DNA of 64,000 nt from an uncultured Parachlamydiaceae bacterium (GTDB lineage Bacteria; Chlamydiota; Chlamydiia; Chlamydiales; Parachlamydiaceae): contig CAVULX010000003.1 in assembly GCA_963742415.1 (NCBI GenBank), positions 480,001 through 544,000 of the forward strand. The letters run 5' to 3'. Position 1 is the stretch's first letter. Each line of letters starts with the position of its first letter. The position numbers and the translations under genes are program-made. Below the pieces are notes generated by a model that made no database searches, was not told the DNA's origin, and was given only the letters and a program-made list of their open reading frames with translations. Of the stretch, positions 1 to 10,392 are shown one piece after another.

Positions 1-53
1 GCAATGCCTATTTTATGACAAACAGGAGTGGCCACTGAAGAGGTTATGCCCAT
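1..53 (-). CDS. 5' fragment of the next gene in the purM operon (runs off the window)
   Basis: ATG at 53..51 overlaps the end of purM; open frame MGITSSVATPVCHKIGIA to the window edge; too short to identify. Confidence 0.4.
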   Translation of the reverse strand, partial: MGITSSVATPVCHKIGI

Positions 54-1009
54 TTCATCTGCTCTCCAGAAATAATTCTTCCAATAACAAAGCATTCATG
101 GTCGCGTTGACAAAGGGTTTCGGCCTCTTTAGGACTCAGAGCTAGGACCATTCCTATCCCCATATTAAAAGTCCGGTACATCTCAGGCTCTTCAATATTT
201 CCAATTTCCTGGAGCCATCGAAAAATAGGGGGAATGGGCCAACTTTTCTTGGTGATCATCACAGACTTACCTGGAGGACACATTCGGGGAATGTTGTCGA
301 TAAATCCACCCCCTGTGATATGGGCCATCCCTTTGATTTTAAAATGTTTCAAAATATTAAATATCTTTTTCACATAAATCCGGGTAGGGATAAGCAACGT
401 TTCCCCTAATGTAAAAGGGGTATTTTTGAAAGATTGGTTTAAAGAGAGATTTGAGTCGCGGATGATTTTCCGAACTAAAGAATATCCATTGCTATGGAGA
501 CCGCTCGAGGCAATACCGACTAAAAGGTCGCCGTTTTCAATTTTGCTGCCATCGATGAGTTCATTTTTTTTAACGATCCCCACTGTGAAACCTGCAAGAT
601 CATATTCCCCTTCTTGATAGAAATCGGGCATTTCGGCAGTTTCTCCACCGAGCAATGGACACTCTGCCTGGTCGCACCCTTCCTTTATCCCTTTGAGGAT
701 GCTTTCGGCTTTATCTATGTCTAATTTTGATGTTGAGAGGTAATCGAGAAAAAACAACGGCTTAGCCCCCGTTGTCAAAACGTCATTGACATTCATCGCT
801 ACCAGGTCGATGCCGACGGTGTGGTGACGGTTCAGGGCAAAGGCAAGTTTGAGCTTGGTTCCTACTCCATCTGTGCTTGCTACGAGGTAGTTTTCCCCTA
901 GTTCATAAAGGCCCCCAAACCCCCCGATTTCAGGGCAAAGGGATTTTAACCTCTTTACAAAAGCATTGCCGGCTTCAATGTCAACACCCGCTTCTTTATA
1001 AGTAGTCAT
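44..1009 (-). CDS. purM: phosphoribosylformylglycinamidine cyclo-ligase (AIR synthetase)
   Basis: YKEAGVDI, STDGVGTKL, GGETAEMP, GLHSNGYSL, HITGGG and TFNMGIG motifs. Confidence 0.97.
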   Translation of the reverse strand: MTTYKEAGVDIEAGNAFVKRLKSLCPEIGGFGGLYELGENYLVASTDGVGTKLKLAFALNRHHTVGIDLVAMNVNDVLTTGAKPLFFLDYLSTSKLDIDKAESILKGIKEGCDQAECPLLGGETAEMPDFYQEGEYDLAGFTVGIVKKNELIDGSKIENGDLLVGIASSGLHSNGYSLVRKIIRDSNLSLNQSFKNTPFTLGETLLIPTRIYVKKIFNILKHFKIKGMAHITGGGFIDNIPRMCPPGKSVMITKKSWPIPPIFRWLQEIGNIEEPEMYRTFNMGIGMVLALSPKEAETLCQRDHECFVIGRIISGEQMKWA

Positions 1010-1014
1010 AGAAC

Positions 1015-2214
1015 TTAATCTTTCATTTCATTAGTTAAAGTCGAACACAACTGTTGTAAATTTTGAGAGCAGCTGTAATCTTCCCAATCTTTTCCAAAAC
1101 CTTGGTGCACGTTTCCCTCTCTTTTTGCGGCTTCGGAACGTTGTTCAAGCTGGATTTTATTTTGGACGGCATGCTGGTGCAAAGAGGCAATGCCGGAAAC
1201 TCCCAGCTTATGGAGCCCTTGCCGCAATGCTTGCAAAATGACAGGGAACAATTCTGCTGCCGAACCTTGCTCTGGTATTAATCCTGAAACACCTTCTGGA
1301 ACACGAAAATTGGAATTTTGGACAGCATAGCGAAAAGAACTTCCCTGCTGCATGGCTTTTAAAGATCCCATCCCCCGAAATTCTTTAAATATGATCCCGT
1401 TCCTCTCTTCTTTTTTGCCTGGAGTTTCGGCAGTACCGGCCAGCAATGATCCCAGCATGACTGTACTGGCGCCTAAAGCCAGAGCTTTGACGATGTCAGA
1501 TCCTTTTTTGATTCCTCCATCAGCGATGACTGGCACTCCATACTTCCTGCATACATTCGAGCACTCATACACGGCAGTCGCTTGCCCTCTTCCGACACCG
1601 GCAACCTCTTGCGTGGTGCAAGTGGATCCTGATCCCATTCCGACCCGAATCGCATCAACTCCGGCCTGAATCAGGTCTTCGCAGGCAGAAGCGGTCACCA
1701 CATTGCCTCCAACGACTTGTAGATGAGGATATGTTTTTTTAATCCAAAGGATCAGATTTTTTTCAAATTCCGTGTGCCCTTGAGACGTATCAAAAACAAT
1801 TACATCGGCCAAACCTTGGATGACATGGATCCGCTCTTCAGCCTTGGCTGGCCATGTTTCTACGGCAGCCCCTACTAATAATCTGTTTGATTTGTCGAAC
1901 GCCGCAGAAGAGGAGGATCCAGCCGCAGCATAGGATTTCACTTTATGTAATTCTTCAAGCTGTTTCTGAGGAGTCAGATTAAAATGGATGAAGCCGATTC
2001 CCCCTTTTAAAGCCAACGCGATTGCCATCTCGGCTTCGGTGACTGTGTCCATAGGGGAACTAGTTAAAGGGATGTTCAACTGAATTTCGCGTGTCAGCTG
2101 TGCTTTAAGGTCGATTTGCTCTAACTGGAAGTCTACATACCCAGGCAACAAGATCAGGTCGTCATACGTGAGGCTATATCCTGCAAATTTATTAAAAAAG
2201 CTGTTGATTTCCAT
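1015..2214 (-). CDS. guaB: IMP dehydrogenase lacking the CBS subdomain
   Basis: SSPMDTVTE, catalytic loop GMGSGSTCTTQ, ADGGI, FRGMGS, VPEGVSG; short linker where the CBS pair normally sits. Confidence 0.93.
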   Translation of the reverse strand: MEINSFFNKFAGYSLTYDDLILLPGYVDFQLEQIDLKAQLTREIQLNIPLTSSPMDTVTEAEMAIALALKGGIGFIHFNLTPQKQLEELHKVKSYAAAGSSSSAAFDKSNRLLVGAAVETWPAKAEERIHVIQGLADVIVFDTSQGHTEFEKNLILWIKKTYPHLQVVGGNVVTASACEDLIQAGVDAIRVGMGSGSTCTTQEVAGVGRGQATAVYECSNVCRKYGVPVIADGGIKKGSDIVKALALGASTVMLGSLLAGTAETPGKKEERNGIIFKEFRGMGSLKAMQQGSSFRYAVQNSNFRVPEGVSGLIPEQGSAAELFPVILQALRQGLHKLGVSGIASLHQHAVQNKIQLEQRSEAAKREGNVHQGFGKDWEDYSCSQNLQQLCSTLTNEMKD

Positions 2215-2300
2215 AATCGCAGCCGTCAGATAAAATTAACTTATACCTCATAATCATTCGGAGCTTTTATCGGCAATATTTTTTTACACTTTAGAGTCAA

Positions 2301-2338
2301 TTTGGAGTGCGTCGGCTTGACGCATACGCATCAAGCTG
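2301..2338. repeat. degenerate REP-like palindrome, same family as 32570-32631
   Basis: tttggagtgcgtcggcttga...tcaagc matches tttggagtgcggcggcttga...tcaagccgcc at 32571. Confidence 0.7.
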
Positions 2339-2351
2339 AGCAAAGATGCTC

Positions 2352-2636
2352 TTAGATTAGGCCGATTTTAATTTTGTTGTATCTAACCATAAACGCAAAA
2401 GCAATTGAAGGATCTACTTGAACCTCTACAACGTTTCTAGTAAGAGAAATGGAATCGTCCGGAAGCGACGCTAGTTTCTTTGAATCTTTCTGTTCTTCAA
2501 TATAAAGATTTAAAGCTTCCTGCATATTTTCGCGCATTTCTTCCATTGAATCGGCTTGCGTAAAGCATCCTGACAATTCAATACATTCAGCCCAAAAACC
2601 ATCTTTCTCTTTATGTATTCTGAAATGGTATTTCAT
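2352..2636 (-). CDS. HicB-family antitoxin, orphan, probably C-terminally truncated
   Basis: HicB RNase H-like N-terminus (FWAECIELSGCFTQADSMEEMRENMQEAL); stops where an HTH would begin; no adjacent hicA. Confidence 0.75.
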   Translation of the reverse strand: MKYHFRIHKEKDGFWAECIELSGCFTQADSMEEMRENMQEALNLYIEEQKDSKKLASLPDDSISLTRNVVEVQVDPSIAFAFMVRYNKIKIGLI

Positions 2637-2647
2637 AACTAATCCCT

Positions 2648-4297
2648 TTAAACAAAGCCTTGGACAATAGGAAAGCGGCGCCCTATAGAGAAAGCTCTTT
2701 CAGACACACGCAATCCCGGCGGACTTTGCCGCCGCTTATATTCGTTGCGGTGGATGCGTAGAATAAGATCGTGGACCAACGATGGGTCAAGGTTGAATTT
2801 TTCACAAATTTTATCGGGGGAAAGATGATCCTCCACATAAGCTTGTAAAACACTATCGACAATGGCGTAATCGGGAAGGGAATCGGTGTCTTTTTGATTT
2901 GGCCGCAATTCCGCCGACGGACTCTTTTGAATTGTATTCAAGGGGATAATTTCATGAGTCCGATTGATCCACTTGGCGAGTTCGTAAACTTGTTGTTTAG
3001 ACACATCGTTGATGACTCCTAAACCGCCGCACATGTCACCATAAAGGGTAGCATACCCCATAGCGAGCTCGCTCTTATTCCCCGTGCTGAGGACAATGTA
3101 GCCGAATTTATTGGAAATAGCCATGAGGATCATCCCCCTGATTCTAGCTTGAATGTTTTCTTCAGTGACATCTTGTTTTTTTCCCGCAAAGGAGGGCGCA
3201 AGCAGCTCCAAATAAGAGGAAAAAGGGGATTCTATGGAAATTTCTTTTAAATCTATTCCTAAATTATCGGCCAATTGCCGAGCATCGGTAAAGCTGCTTT
3301 CGGAGGAAAAGCGGGAAGGCATATAAATTCCCAAAACATTTTCCTTCCCTAAGGCTTCGGCGGCAAGACAGGCAACTAATGCGGAATCTATTCCTCCAGA
3401 TAGTCCAAGGCACGCTTTTTTAAAGCCGGACTTTTGAAAATAATCCCGCAAGCCCATCACCAGAGCTTTATACAAGTCTTCAGTTTTATTTCTGTGAAAA
3501 GGGGGAATAGAAGAGTTTTTATCGAGATCGATTAAAAGGAGATCCTCCTCAAATCCTTTGGCAATCCCGGCTAAACCTCCCAAAACGTCCACATAGTAGC
3601 TATAACCATCGAATATCAAACTGTCATTCCCGCCTACTAAATTGCAAAGGAGAACAGGACAATGCAAAGATGCCGCTGCTTTAGCGCCCACTTTTATTCT
3701 TGATTCAATTTTGCCATAACTATAAGGAGAGGCTGAAAGATTTAGAACGAGATCGGGACTCAGGGGAATTAAATCTTCCACCGGATCACGCCGGTAGGTT
3801 GTAAATTTCAAAAATTCACTGTGTTGCCAAAGATCTTCACAAATTGTGATCCCCACATAGTATCCATATAAATTCCAAACTCTCGTCCCATAACCCGGCT
3901 CAAAATAGCGCCTTTCAGAAAAAACATCGTAAGTAGGCAGCAAGAGCTTATCTTGAAAGCCAACCAAAGCCCTATCTTGGATGACAGCTGCACTATTGAA
4001 TAAAGATTTTTCTGCGACGTCGGGGTTGGATCGAAGGGTGCCGACAATAGCGGTAATTCCTGCACTTGCGTGAATAATTTGCTCCAAAGACTTCATTGTA
4101 GCATCGATAAAGTGGGGAAGCAGCATCATGTCTTCGGGTGTATATCCTGTTAAAGCAAGTTCCGGAAACAAGATGATGTTGGCCTGCCGCTGCCGCCCTT
4201 GGTGCATGCAGGAAATAATCTTTTCCGTGTTCCCTTTAAGATCCCCTACTTTAGTGTTTATTTGTGCCATTAAGATGCGCATGTCTTTCCTTTCCAA
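2648..4297 (-). CDS. nadE: glutamine-dependent NAD+ synthetase
   Basis: nitrilase-type N-domain (FPELALTGY, KLLLPTY, TICEDLW) plus GLSGGIDS, ENIQARIRG, STGNKSE, PSAELRP. Confidence 0.96.
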   Translation of the reverse strand: MERKDMRILMAQINTKVGDLKGNTEKIISCMHQGRQRQANIILFPELALTGYTPEDMMLLPHFIDATMKSLEQIIHASAGITAIVGTLRSNPDVAEKSLFNSAAVIQDRALVGFQDKLLLPTYDVFSERRYFEPGYGTRVWNLYGYYVGITICEDLWQHSEFLKFTTYRRDPVEDLIPLSPDLVLNLSASPYSYGKIESRIKVGAKAAASLHCPVLLCNLVGGNDSLIFDGYSYYVDVLGGLAGIAKGFEEDLLLIDLDKNSSIPPFHRNKTEDLYKALVMGLRDYFQKSGFKKACLGLSGGIDSALVACLAAEALGKENVLGIYMPSRFSSESSFTDARQLADNLGIDLKEISIESPFSSYLELLAPSFAGKKQDVTEENIQARIRGMILMAISNKFGYIVLSTGNKSELAMGYATLYGDMCGGLGVINDVSKQQVYELAKWINRTHEIIPLNTIQKSPSAELRPNQKDTDSLPDYAIVDSVLQAYVEDHLSPDKICEKFNLDPSLVHDLILRIHRNEYKRRQSPPGLRVSERAFSIGRRFPIVQGFV

Positions 4298-4307
4298 TCG
4301 CTAAGGC

Positions 4308-5639
4308 TTAGTTACCGAAGTCGTCAAGTACAATGTTTTCACGTGGAACACCGTAATCATCCAAAAGATTTAAGACACTCTTGTTGTGCATAGGGGGGCC
4401 GCAAACATAGTATAAACATTCTTCCGGACTCTCCATATCTTTAAGCTGACCCTTTTCAAAAGAACGGAATAGGAAATTTGTTTTTAAAGGATCTTTTGCT
4501 GGCCAACCAGCCTCGATGTCCTCTGGCAAAGGCTCTGACAAAACTAACCGATAGGAGAGATTATTGAATTCTTTTTGTAGTTTTTCGTATTCTTCTTGAT
4601 AAATGTTTTCCCTTAGCGACCGGGCTCCGTACCAGAAGGTGACTTTGCGTTTTGTTTTTTCTGTCTTAAAGAGATGCATGACATGCGCACGGCCAAAAGA
4701 GGAACCCGCACCCCCGATGAGGAAGATCAATTCCCGATCGTCATTGATCATATAAGATTCCCCATAGGGGCCTGATAAACGGACTTTGTCTCCGGCTTTT
4801 AAGCCAAAGGTATAGGAGGAGCATATTCCCCATGGAATATTCTCGGCTAGTTTTCCTTCGAAGAAGGGGGGGGTGGCAATGCGGATATTAAACTTTAATG
4901 TTCTACCTTCGGCAGGATAGGAAGCCATTGAATAAGCACGCACAACTTCATCAGTTCCGGTAGGCAGACCGGAGAAATCGATCTCTCTCCCGAACATATG
5001 GTATTTCTCCCAATCGGGCCAGTATTTCTCTTTCATGGTCTGCTTCCAGTCACCCGTCTTTGTTTTAAATGGGGGGACATGGAATTGAAGGTAGCCTCCA
5101 GCCTTATATGGAACCTCTTCACCTTCAGGGATTTCCACAATAAGCTCTTTGATAAAGGTGGCCACATTTTCATTGCTGATGACAGTTGCAATCCATTCCT
5201 TTACATTATGCAACTCAATATGGAGCTTCATGTTGCCTTTAACTTTGGCTTGACATGACAAACGCCATCCCTCTTTCAATTGTTTTTTTGTAAAAGTTCC
5301 TTTATCTGTTTCTAGAGCGACGCCCGCGCCTTCTAAAATTTGCACGCGGCATTGTTTGCAGGTGGCTTTTCCGCCGCATGGACTGGGAACAGGGATGCCG
5401 TTGGCTGATAAAGCAACCAACAATGTTCCCCCTCCCTCAACTGTTTTTGTCAAGGAAGGGTCATCGTTGATTGTAATTTTGCATAGTTCATTACTGACAA
5501 ATTTCGCTTTTGTAAATAGAATGAGGCAGGCTAATCCAACTCCAATGAGAATAAAAGCAATGATGGCATAAAGGCTGAGAATAGGGTCTATCCCAAAAAA
5601 GCTTGCAATAACGGAAATGTTATTCAAATTATAATGCAT
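4308..5639 (-). CDS. nqrF: Na+-translocating NADH:quinone reductase subunit F
   Basis: N-terminal TM; 2Fe-2S CGGKATCKQC...RLSCQ; RAYSMAS; RIATPP; SGPYG; YVCGPP; LDDFG end. Confidence 0.96.
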   Translation of the reverse strand: MHYNLNNISVIASFFGIDPILSLYAIIAFILIGVGLACLILFTKAKFVSNELCKITINDDPSLTKTVEGGGTLLVALSANGIPVPSPCGGKATCKQCRVQILEGAGVALETDKGTFTKKQLKEGWRLSCQAKVKGNMKLHIELHNVKEWIATVISNENVATFIKELIVEIPEGEEVPYKAGGYLQFHVPPFKTKTGDWKQTMKEKYWPDWEKYHMFGREIDFSGLPTGTDEVVRAYSMASYPAEGRTLKFNIRIATPPFFEGKLAENIPWGICSSYTFGLKAGDKVRLSGPYGESYMINDDRELIFLIGGAGSSFGRAHVMHLFKTEKTKRKVTFWYGARSLRENIYQEEYEKLQKEFNNLSYRLVLSEPLPEDIEAGWPAKDPLKTNFLFRSFEKGQLKDMESPEECLYYVCGPPMHNKSVLNLLDDYGVPRENIVLDDFGN

Positions 5640-5798
5640 TTCAATAACACCAAAGAACTAAAAAATAACAGGATATGGAGGCTTCTCCTCTTTATAGATG
5701 TTAAATAATTTCAAAACAATGGAAAACAACAGAAGCAATATTCGGTATAGACCAAAATATTGTGCGATAGCTAAAATTCTATAATAGTAAAGAACCTA

Positions 5799-7055
5799 AT
5801 GGGAACAATGATGATAATATTTCGCTGTAGATCTTTTTATTTTGTTTTTATGTTCTGCTTAATTTTTATATACACATTAGCGCTTGACGCAGAAACCTAT
5901 GATCCGTTGACCGTGTATTTGACATGGAAGCATGATCCCGATAAAACAGTGGTGGTGCATTGGATTACCCCAGTCAATCGGAAAGACGATGTAGTTGAAT
6001 ATCAAAGAGATGGAGAGAAGGAGTGGAAATCTGTAAAAGGCTTTAATGTTCCGATGCCTGAGAAGTATCCCTATTTGATCCATTCAGTTGAAATCAAAGA
6101 CCTCTTACCCAATACCTCCTATCGCTTTCGGACAGGCTCCGACGCTGCCATTTATAAGTTTCGAACCATGCCTTCAAAACAAATCGTCCCCATCCGCTTT
6201 ATTGTCGGCGGAGATATTTATCACGATGGGTTGGATATTTTGGAAAAAATGAACCGGCAAGCGGCCCGCCTGGATCCAATGTTTGCTATTTGTGGAGGGG
6301 ATTTAGCGTACAATGATGAAAAGCCAGGAGCCTTTCCGAAATTAATGCCGCGGTGGATGGATTGGCTGATCGCCTGGAAGAAGCAAATGGTCACATCAAC
6401 GGGTCATCTTATACCGATTGTTCCTGTCATTGGAAATCATGAAGTTAAAGTCAAATATGGGGGAACTCCCGCAGATGCGCTATTCTACTATTCCCTTTTT
6501 GACCTTTCGGGCGATCAAGGATATTACGCTTTAGATTTTGGTGATTACATGAGCCTGATTCTGCTGGATTCTGGCCATACACATCCTGTTCAAGGTTTAC
6601 AGACACAATGGCTGTATCAGACATTGCAAGGGCGTAAACAAATTTCTAATAAATTTGTCGCCTACCATGTTGCTGCTTTTCCGTCTGTCAGAAAATATAA
6701 TAATGACATCAATGGAAAAATACGGAAGTATTGGGTTCCACTCTTCGAACAGTTTGGCATTAGGTATGTTTTTGAGCATCATGACCATGCATACAAAAGG
6801 ACATGGCCAATACGTGCTGAAAAAGTGGACCTGCAGAATGGGGTTGTCTATCTTGGAGATGGGGGGTGGGCCGTCGAGCAACCGAGGAAACCGAAAGATC
6901 CCGCTAAAACATGGTATTTGGCCAAAACGGCTTCTTCGAGAAATGTCATTTTCGTCAATATGCATGACCATTTAATTCAATTCATGGCGATTAACGATGA
7001 GGGGCAAATTATCGATGAATTGGTTGGCCGAGAGCAAACTCAAGCTAGGAACTAA
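5799..7055 (+). CDS. exported purple-acid-phosphatase-like metallophosphoesterase with N-terminal FN3-like domain
   Basis: signal peptide; GGD, GGDLAY, GNHE, YH and EHHDH metal motifs. Confidence 0.85.
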   Translation: MGTMMIIFRCRSFYFVFMFCLIFIYTLALDAETYDPLTVYLTWKHDPDKTVVVHWITPVNRKDDVVEYQRDGEKEWKSVKGFNVPMPEKYPYLIHSVEIKDLLPNTSYRFRTGSDAAIYKFRTMPSKQIVPIRFIVGGDIYHDGLDILEKMNRQAARLDPMFAICGGDLAYNDEKPGAFPKLMPRWMDWLIAWKKQMVTSTGHLIPIVPVIGNHEVKVKYGGTPADALFYYSLFDLSGDQGYYALDFGDYMSLILLDSGHTHPVQGLQTQWLYQTLQGRKQISNKFVAYHVAAFPSVRKYNNDINGKIRKYWVPLFEQFGIRYVFEHHDHAYKRTWPIRAEKVDLQNGVVYLGDGGWAVEQPRKPKDPAKTWYLAKTASSRNVIFVNMHDHLIQFMAINDEGQIIDELVGREQTQARN

Positions 7056-7163
7056 AATTCTCTTCCATTTTAAATTTTTTTGTATCACCCTTGGTTTTTA
7101 AGAACCACGTTGATTTTTTTCTTGTGTTAAGAGTCCACAACTCAGGCGGGGAGGTGTGGGATT

Positions 7164-8753
7164 ATGAGAAGCAAGAGTTTAGTCTTTTGGATAGCAGGCA
7201 TCTTTCTTATCCCTTTCTTTTTATTGCCTCTACATGCTGAAGAAACGGGCATGCTCATCGTGACCTATCAAACAGGTCCGAAAGCAGAAAGGTTGGATCG
7301 GATCAGATTCCTGCTGAAAGATCAGAATAATCATGTTGAGATGTATCCTAAAGGGGATGCCTACGTTGACGATGTATCTTGCATGAGCCGGATGGTTGTG
7401 ATTGAAAGCTTGCCACCGGCCATTTACACTTTGCAGTTTATTATTCCAAATACAGATAAATTGTTTGATGAGATCCCTATAAGGAAAGTGCAAATCACTG
7501 AAGGGCGGGTGGCTAAAGTCGATCAAGTCATGAAACCCCGCTATGCTTCCATCAAAGCTTCAGCGATCTTGATGCCCGAATCCCCACACACAATTCCAAC
7601 ATTGACATTACGAGATTTCCATGGCCATATACGTGCACAGTCGACCGTAGGGAAATTTTCTGTTAGACATCTCCTTCCAGGGCATTATCAATTGATTTTT
7701 GAAGCCGTTGATGGGTATGGAACCCCCGCTGCGATGTCCATGCAATTGGGCCCAAATGAAATTTTAGGACCTATTGAAGTCGTTTACAATAAATCTCCAA
7801 AAGGTTCTGAAGAATTAAAAACAATTAAAAGCCCAGATCAAGAAAGCTTTAAAGACCTTTACCAAAAAACCGTTCTCGTACCAGACGGTAAAGTGATTAT
7901 CGGTGAATCATTTCGAGGAAATGAGGAGAATGAGCTCCCCCCCAAAGTGGCGAAAGTTTCTGCCTTCTACATAGGTGTTTATGAAGTCACAAATTCTCAA
8001 TATGCCCAGTGGCTTAATAGAGCTTTAAACGAAAATAACATTGTTTATCATTCGGAAGGGCAATCTAAAGGGTATGTGACAAATCCTCAAGGTTGGCTTT
8101 TGTTTAAAACTCAAGAAGCAGATCCATTGAGCCAAATATTAACCCATCAAGACGGAAAAAAAATCATTTTTTTACCCATGTTAGGGAAGCATAATTTTCC
8201 GGTGATTGATGTGACTTGGCACGGAGCGCAGGCCTATTGCCAAGACAACCAGTTCCGTTTGCCCACAGAAGCCGAATGGGAAAAAGCGGCCGGAATGGCC
8301 ATTGTACACCCTGGTGAACCTTTAAAGAAATACCGGTACGGATTTCAAAGAGATGCTATTGACAAAAGTTGGGCAAATTATAAAGAGGAATATCAAAATG
8401 ACAAAGCCGTTGAAGTGATGACAACACGAGTGGGCTTTTATAATGGGATAAATAAAGCGCCGATAGCCTCAGAGGACGAGGAAGAGGTGTCCACACAATT
8501 GGCTATAAGTCCTGTAGGTGCTTACGACATGAGTGGAAATGTGTGGGAATGGGTTTCCGATTGGTATGACGATACTTATTATGCCAATATGCCGGAAGAT
8601 AATCCGACAGGGCCAAAACAGGGAAAGAAGAAAGTGGCAAAAGGGGGGTGTTACGACAGTTTAGCAAATGGCGTTAGAGTTGCTGAACGGATGGGCCTCC
8701 CTCCCGACCATGCCGATACATATACCGGTTTCCGTGTAGCTGCTAGCAAATAA
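7164..8753 (+). CDS. exported formylglycine-generating-enzyme (SUMF1/PvdO) family protein
   Basis: YEVTNSQY, PVIDVTW, RLPTEAEWEKAA, YDMSGNVWEW, TGFRVA; signal peptide and a ~220-aa N-terminal extension. Confidence 0.9.
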   Translation: MRSKSLVFWIAGIFLIPFFLLPLHAEETGMLIVTYQTGPKAERLDRIRFLLKDQNNHVEMYPKGDAYVDDVSCMSRMVVIESLPPAIYTLQFIIPNTDKLFDEIPIRKVQITEGRVAKVDQVMKPRYASIKASAILMPESPHTIPTLTLRDFHGHIRAQSTVGKFSVRHLLPGHYQLIFEAVDGYGTPAAMSMQLGPNEILGPIEVVYNKSPKGSEELKTIKSPDQESFKDLYQKTVLVPDGKVIIGESFRGNEENELPPKVAKVSAFYIGVYEVTNSQYAQWLNRALNENNIVYHSEGQSKGYVTNPQGWLLFKTQEADPLSQILTHQDGKKIIFLPMLGKHNFPVIDVTWHGAQAYCQDNQFRLPTEAEWEKAAGMAIVHPGEPLKKYRYGFQRDAIDKSWANYKEEYQNDKAVEVMTTRVGFYNGINKAPIASEDEEEVSTQLAISPVGAYDMSGNVWEWVSDWYDDTYYANMPEDNPTGPKQGKKKVAKGGCYDSLANGVRVAERMGLPPDHADTYTGFRVAASK

Positions 8754-8783
8754 GATTCAACGCAAAGTGTAAGGCGTCCATAC

Positions 8784-9021
8784 AGAAGCGCAAAGGGTGT
8801 CAGGATTAAACGCAAAGGCGCAAAGAAAAAAAGAAGGTAAAGAAATGTTATGGCCAAATAGACGCCTATATTAATAAAAAATAAAATAAGAAATGGATCG
8901 TCAAAAAAATTGTAGAAATTTACACAGTTTTTACATCCCTACAGATCCACCATCTCAAACCCTTCTTTTTTTCTTTGTGCCTTTGCGTCTTTGCGTTTAA
9001 TCTGACTCCCTGTTCGCTTCT
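8784..9021. repeat. long imperfect inverted-repeat element with cgcaaag heptamers
   Basis: arm 8784-8837 (agaagcg...gattaaacgcaaaggcgcaaagaaaaaaagaagg) is the approximate reverse complement of 8961-9021. Confidence 0.75.
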
Positions 9022-10073
9022 CGGTGGTTTTTTATGCAAAATTCTTGCTTGATAATCTTTTGCCACCTTTCAGGGGGGATCTCAGCTCCATAAAATTCGC
9101 AGACAGCCCCTCCGGTACGATTGCCTAGGGTAGCGCAATCTTCAAAAGAATATCCCTTTAAGTATCCATGAAGAAAGCCGCTAATAAAAACATCTCCTGC
9201 CCCTGTGGTATCGACGACATTAACAGGGTAGGCAGGACTATGAATCAAATTATTTTCAATACCGACTAAACAACCATCTTTGCCAATCATCACGACAGAT
9301 ATAGGGCACATTTCCATTAAAGCTCGACACCCTTTCCATGGATCCAATCCAAGGAGAGCAAAGACCTCATCGCTATTGGCGAAAACGATATCTACATAAT
9401 TCTTGATCAAATCGATAATTTTTTCCCGTTTCATTTTTACAAGTTCAAAGCTGCTTAGGTCAAAGGAAACCTTTGCGCCTGCTTCTTTGGCAAGCCGCAT
9501 TGCGGTGGAAACAAACTCAGGATCTTCCGAATAAAGCATGTAGCCTTCAATGTGAACCATTTTAACACCTTGAAATAGTTCAGAAGCTAAATCTGCTTTC
9601 GATACAGTGTTGGCGGCTCCGGGAAAGCATCGCATGGTGCGCTCCCCGTCTGGCGTCACCAAGCAAAGAACAAGTTGGGTGGGTTGATTCGAACAGAGGC
9701 AAAATGACGTAATTCCTAAGGATTTTACAATGCTTTGATATTGTTTACCAATGGGATCGCGCCCTATTTTCCCAAAAAAAGCACAGGAGTGGCCAAAGCA
9801 CTTCAAACCTTTAATCGTGTTGGAAGCGCTTCCTCCAGTCGCAATTTTTGAACCTTTATTAATCGCTTGATTGAAGATAAGATCAAATTGATCTTTATCG
9901 ATTTGTTGCGATCCCCCTTTATTACCGATGAATTCAACAAAGTTGTGGTCCACATTAACGAGAACATCCATGCAGGGGCCGCCAATGCCCAAGATTTCGT
10001 AGGGCTGTGCTCCACACATAAATGAAAAAAGGACAAAAACATAAAAAAAAATGACACGATAAAGATGTTCCAT
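8997..10073 (-). CDS. PfkB-family carbohydrate/adenosine kinase
   Basis: GGSASNT, DGERTMR, FANSDE, VDTTGAGDVFISGFL. Confidence 0.9.
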   Translation of the reverse strand: MEHLYRVIFFYVFVLFSFMCGAQPYEILGIGGPCMDVLVNVDHNFVEFIGNKGGSQQIDKDQFDLIFNQAINKGSKIATGGSASNTIKGLKCFGHSCAFFGKIGRDPIGKQYQSIVKSLGITSFCLCSNQPTQLVLCLVTPDGERTMRCFPGAANTVSKADLASELFQGVKMVHIEGYMLYSEDPEFVSTAMRLAKEAGAKVSFDLSSFELVKMKREKIIDLIKNYVDIVFANSDEVFALLGLDPWKGCRALMEMCPISVVMIGKDGCLVGIENNLIHSPAYPVNVVDTTGAGDVFISGFLHGYLKGYSFEDCATLGNRTGGAVCEFYGAEIPPERWQKIIKQEFCIKNHREANRESD

Positions 10074-10152
10074 ATATTGAATGCCTTTGTTTGAAAGAAA
10101 ACATTTTTACAGATCGTGCGATTTTTTTTCCACATTTGTTTGAAAGGCCGTC

Positions 10153-10392
10153 CTAAAGCTTTTTGAGAAGCCTTTTATTAAAAGAGCGGCATTGAGGGCA
10201 TTGGGTGATCTCTTTTTCTAAATCTATGAGGTAAACAAAATGGCAATACTCACAAACCTGAAGTTCTTGAGCTGCCAAAATGATTTTCTTTTTTCGCGTC
10301 GAGTAGTGATGGAAAATCCACATTCCTAATACAGCGCTTAAAGTCACCACAAGGTAAAGCATCACAGCAGTATTTGTGGATAATTCGATCAT
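10153..10392 (-). CDS. small membrane-anchored zinc-ribbon protein
   Basis: one TM followed by CEYC...CPQC; overlaps the upstream gene stop. Confidence 0.7.
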   Translation of the reverse strand: MIELSTNTAVMLYLVVTLSAVLGMWIFHHYSTRKKKIILAAQELQVCEYCHFVYLIDLEKEITQCPQCRSFNKRLLKKL

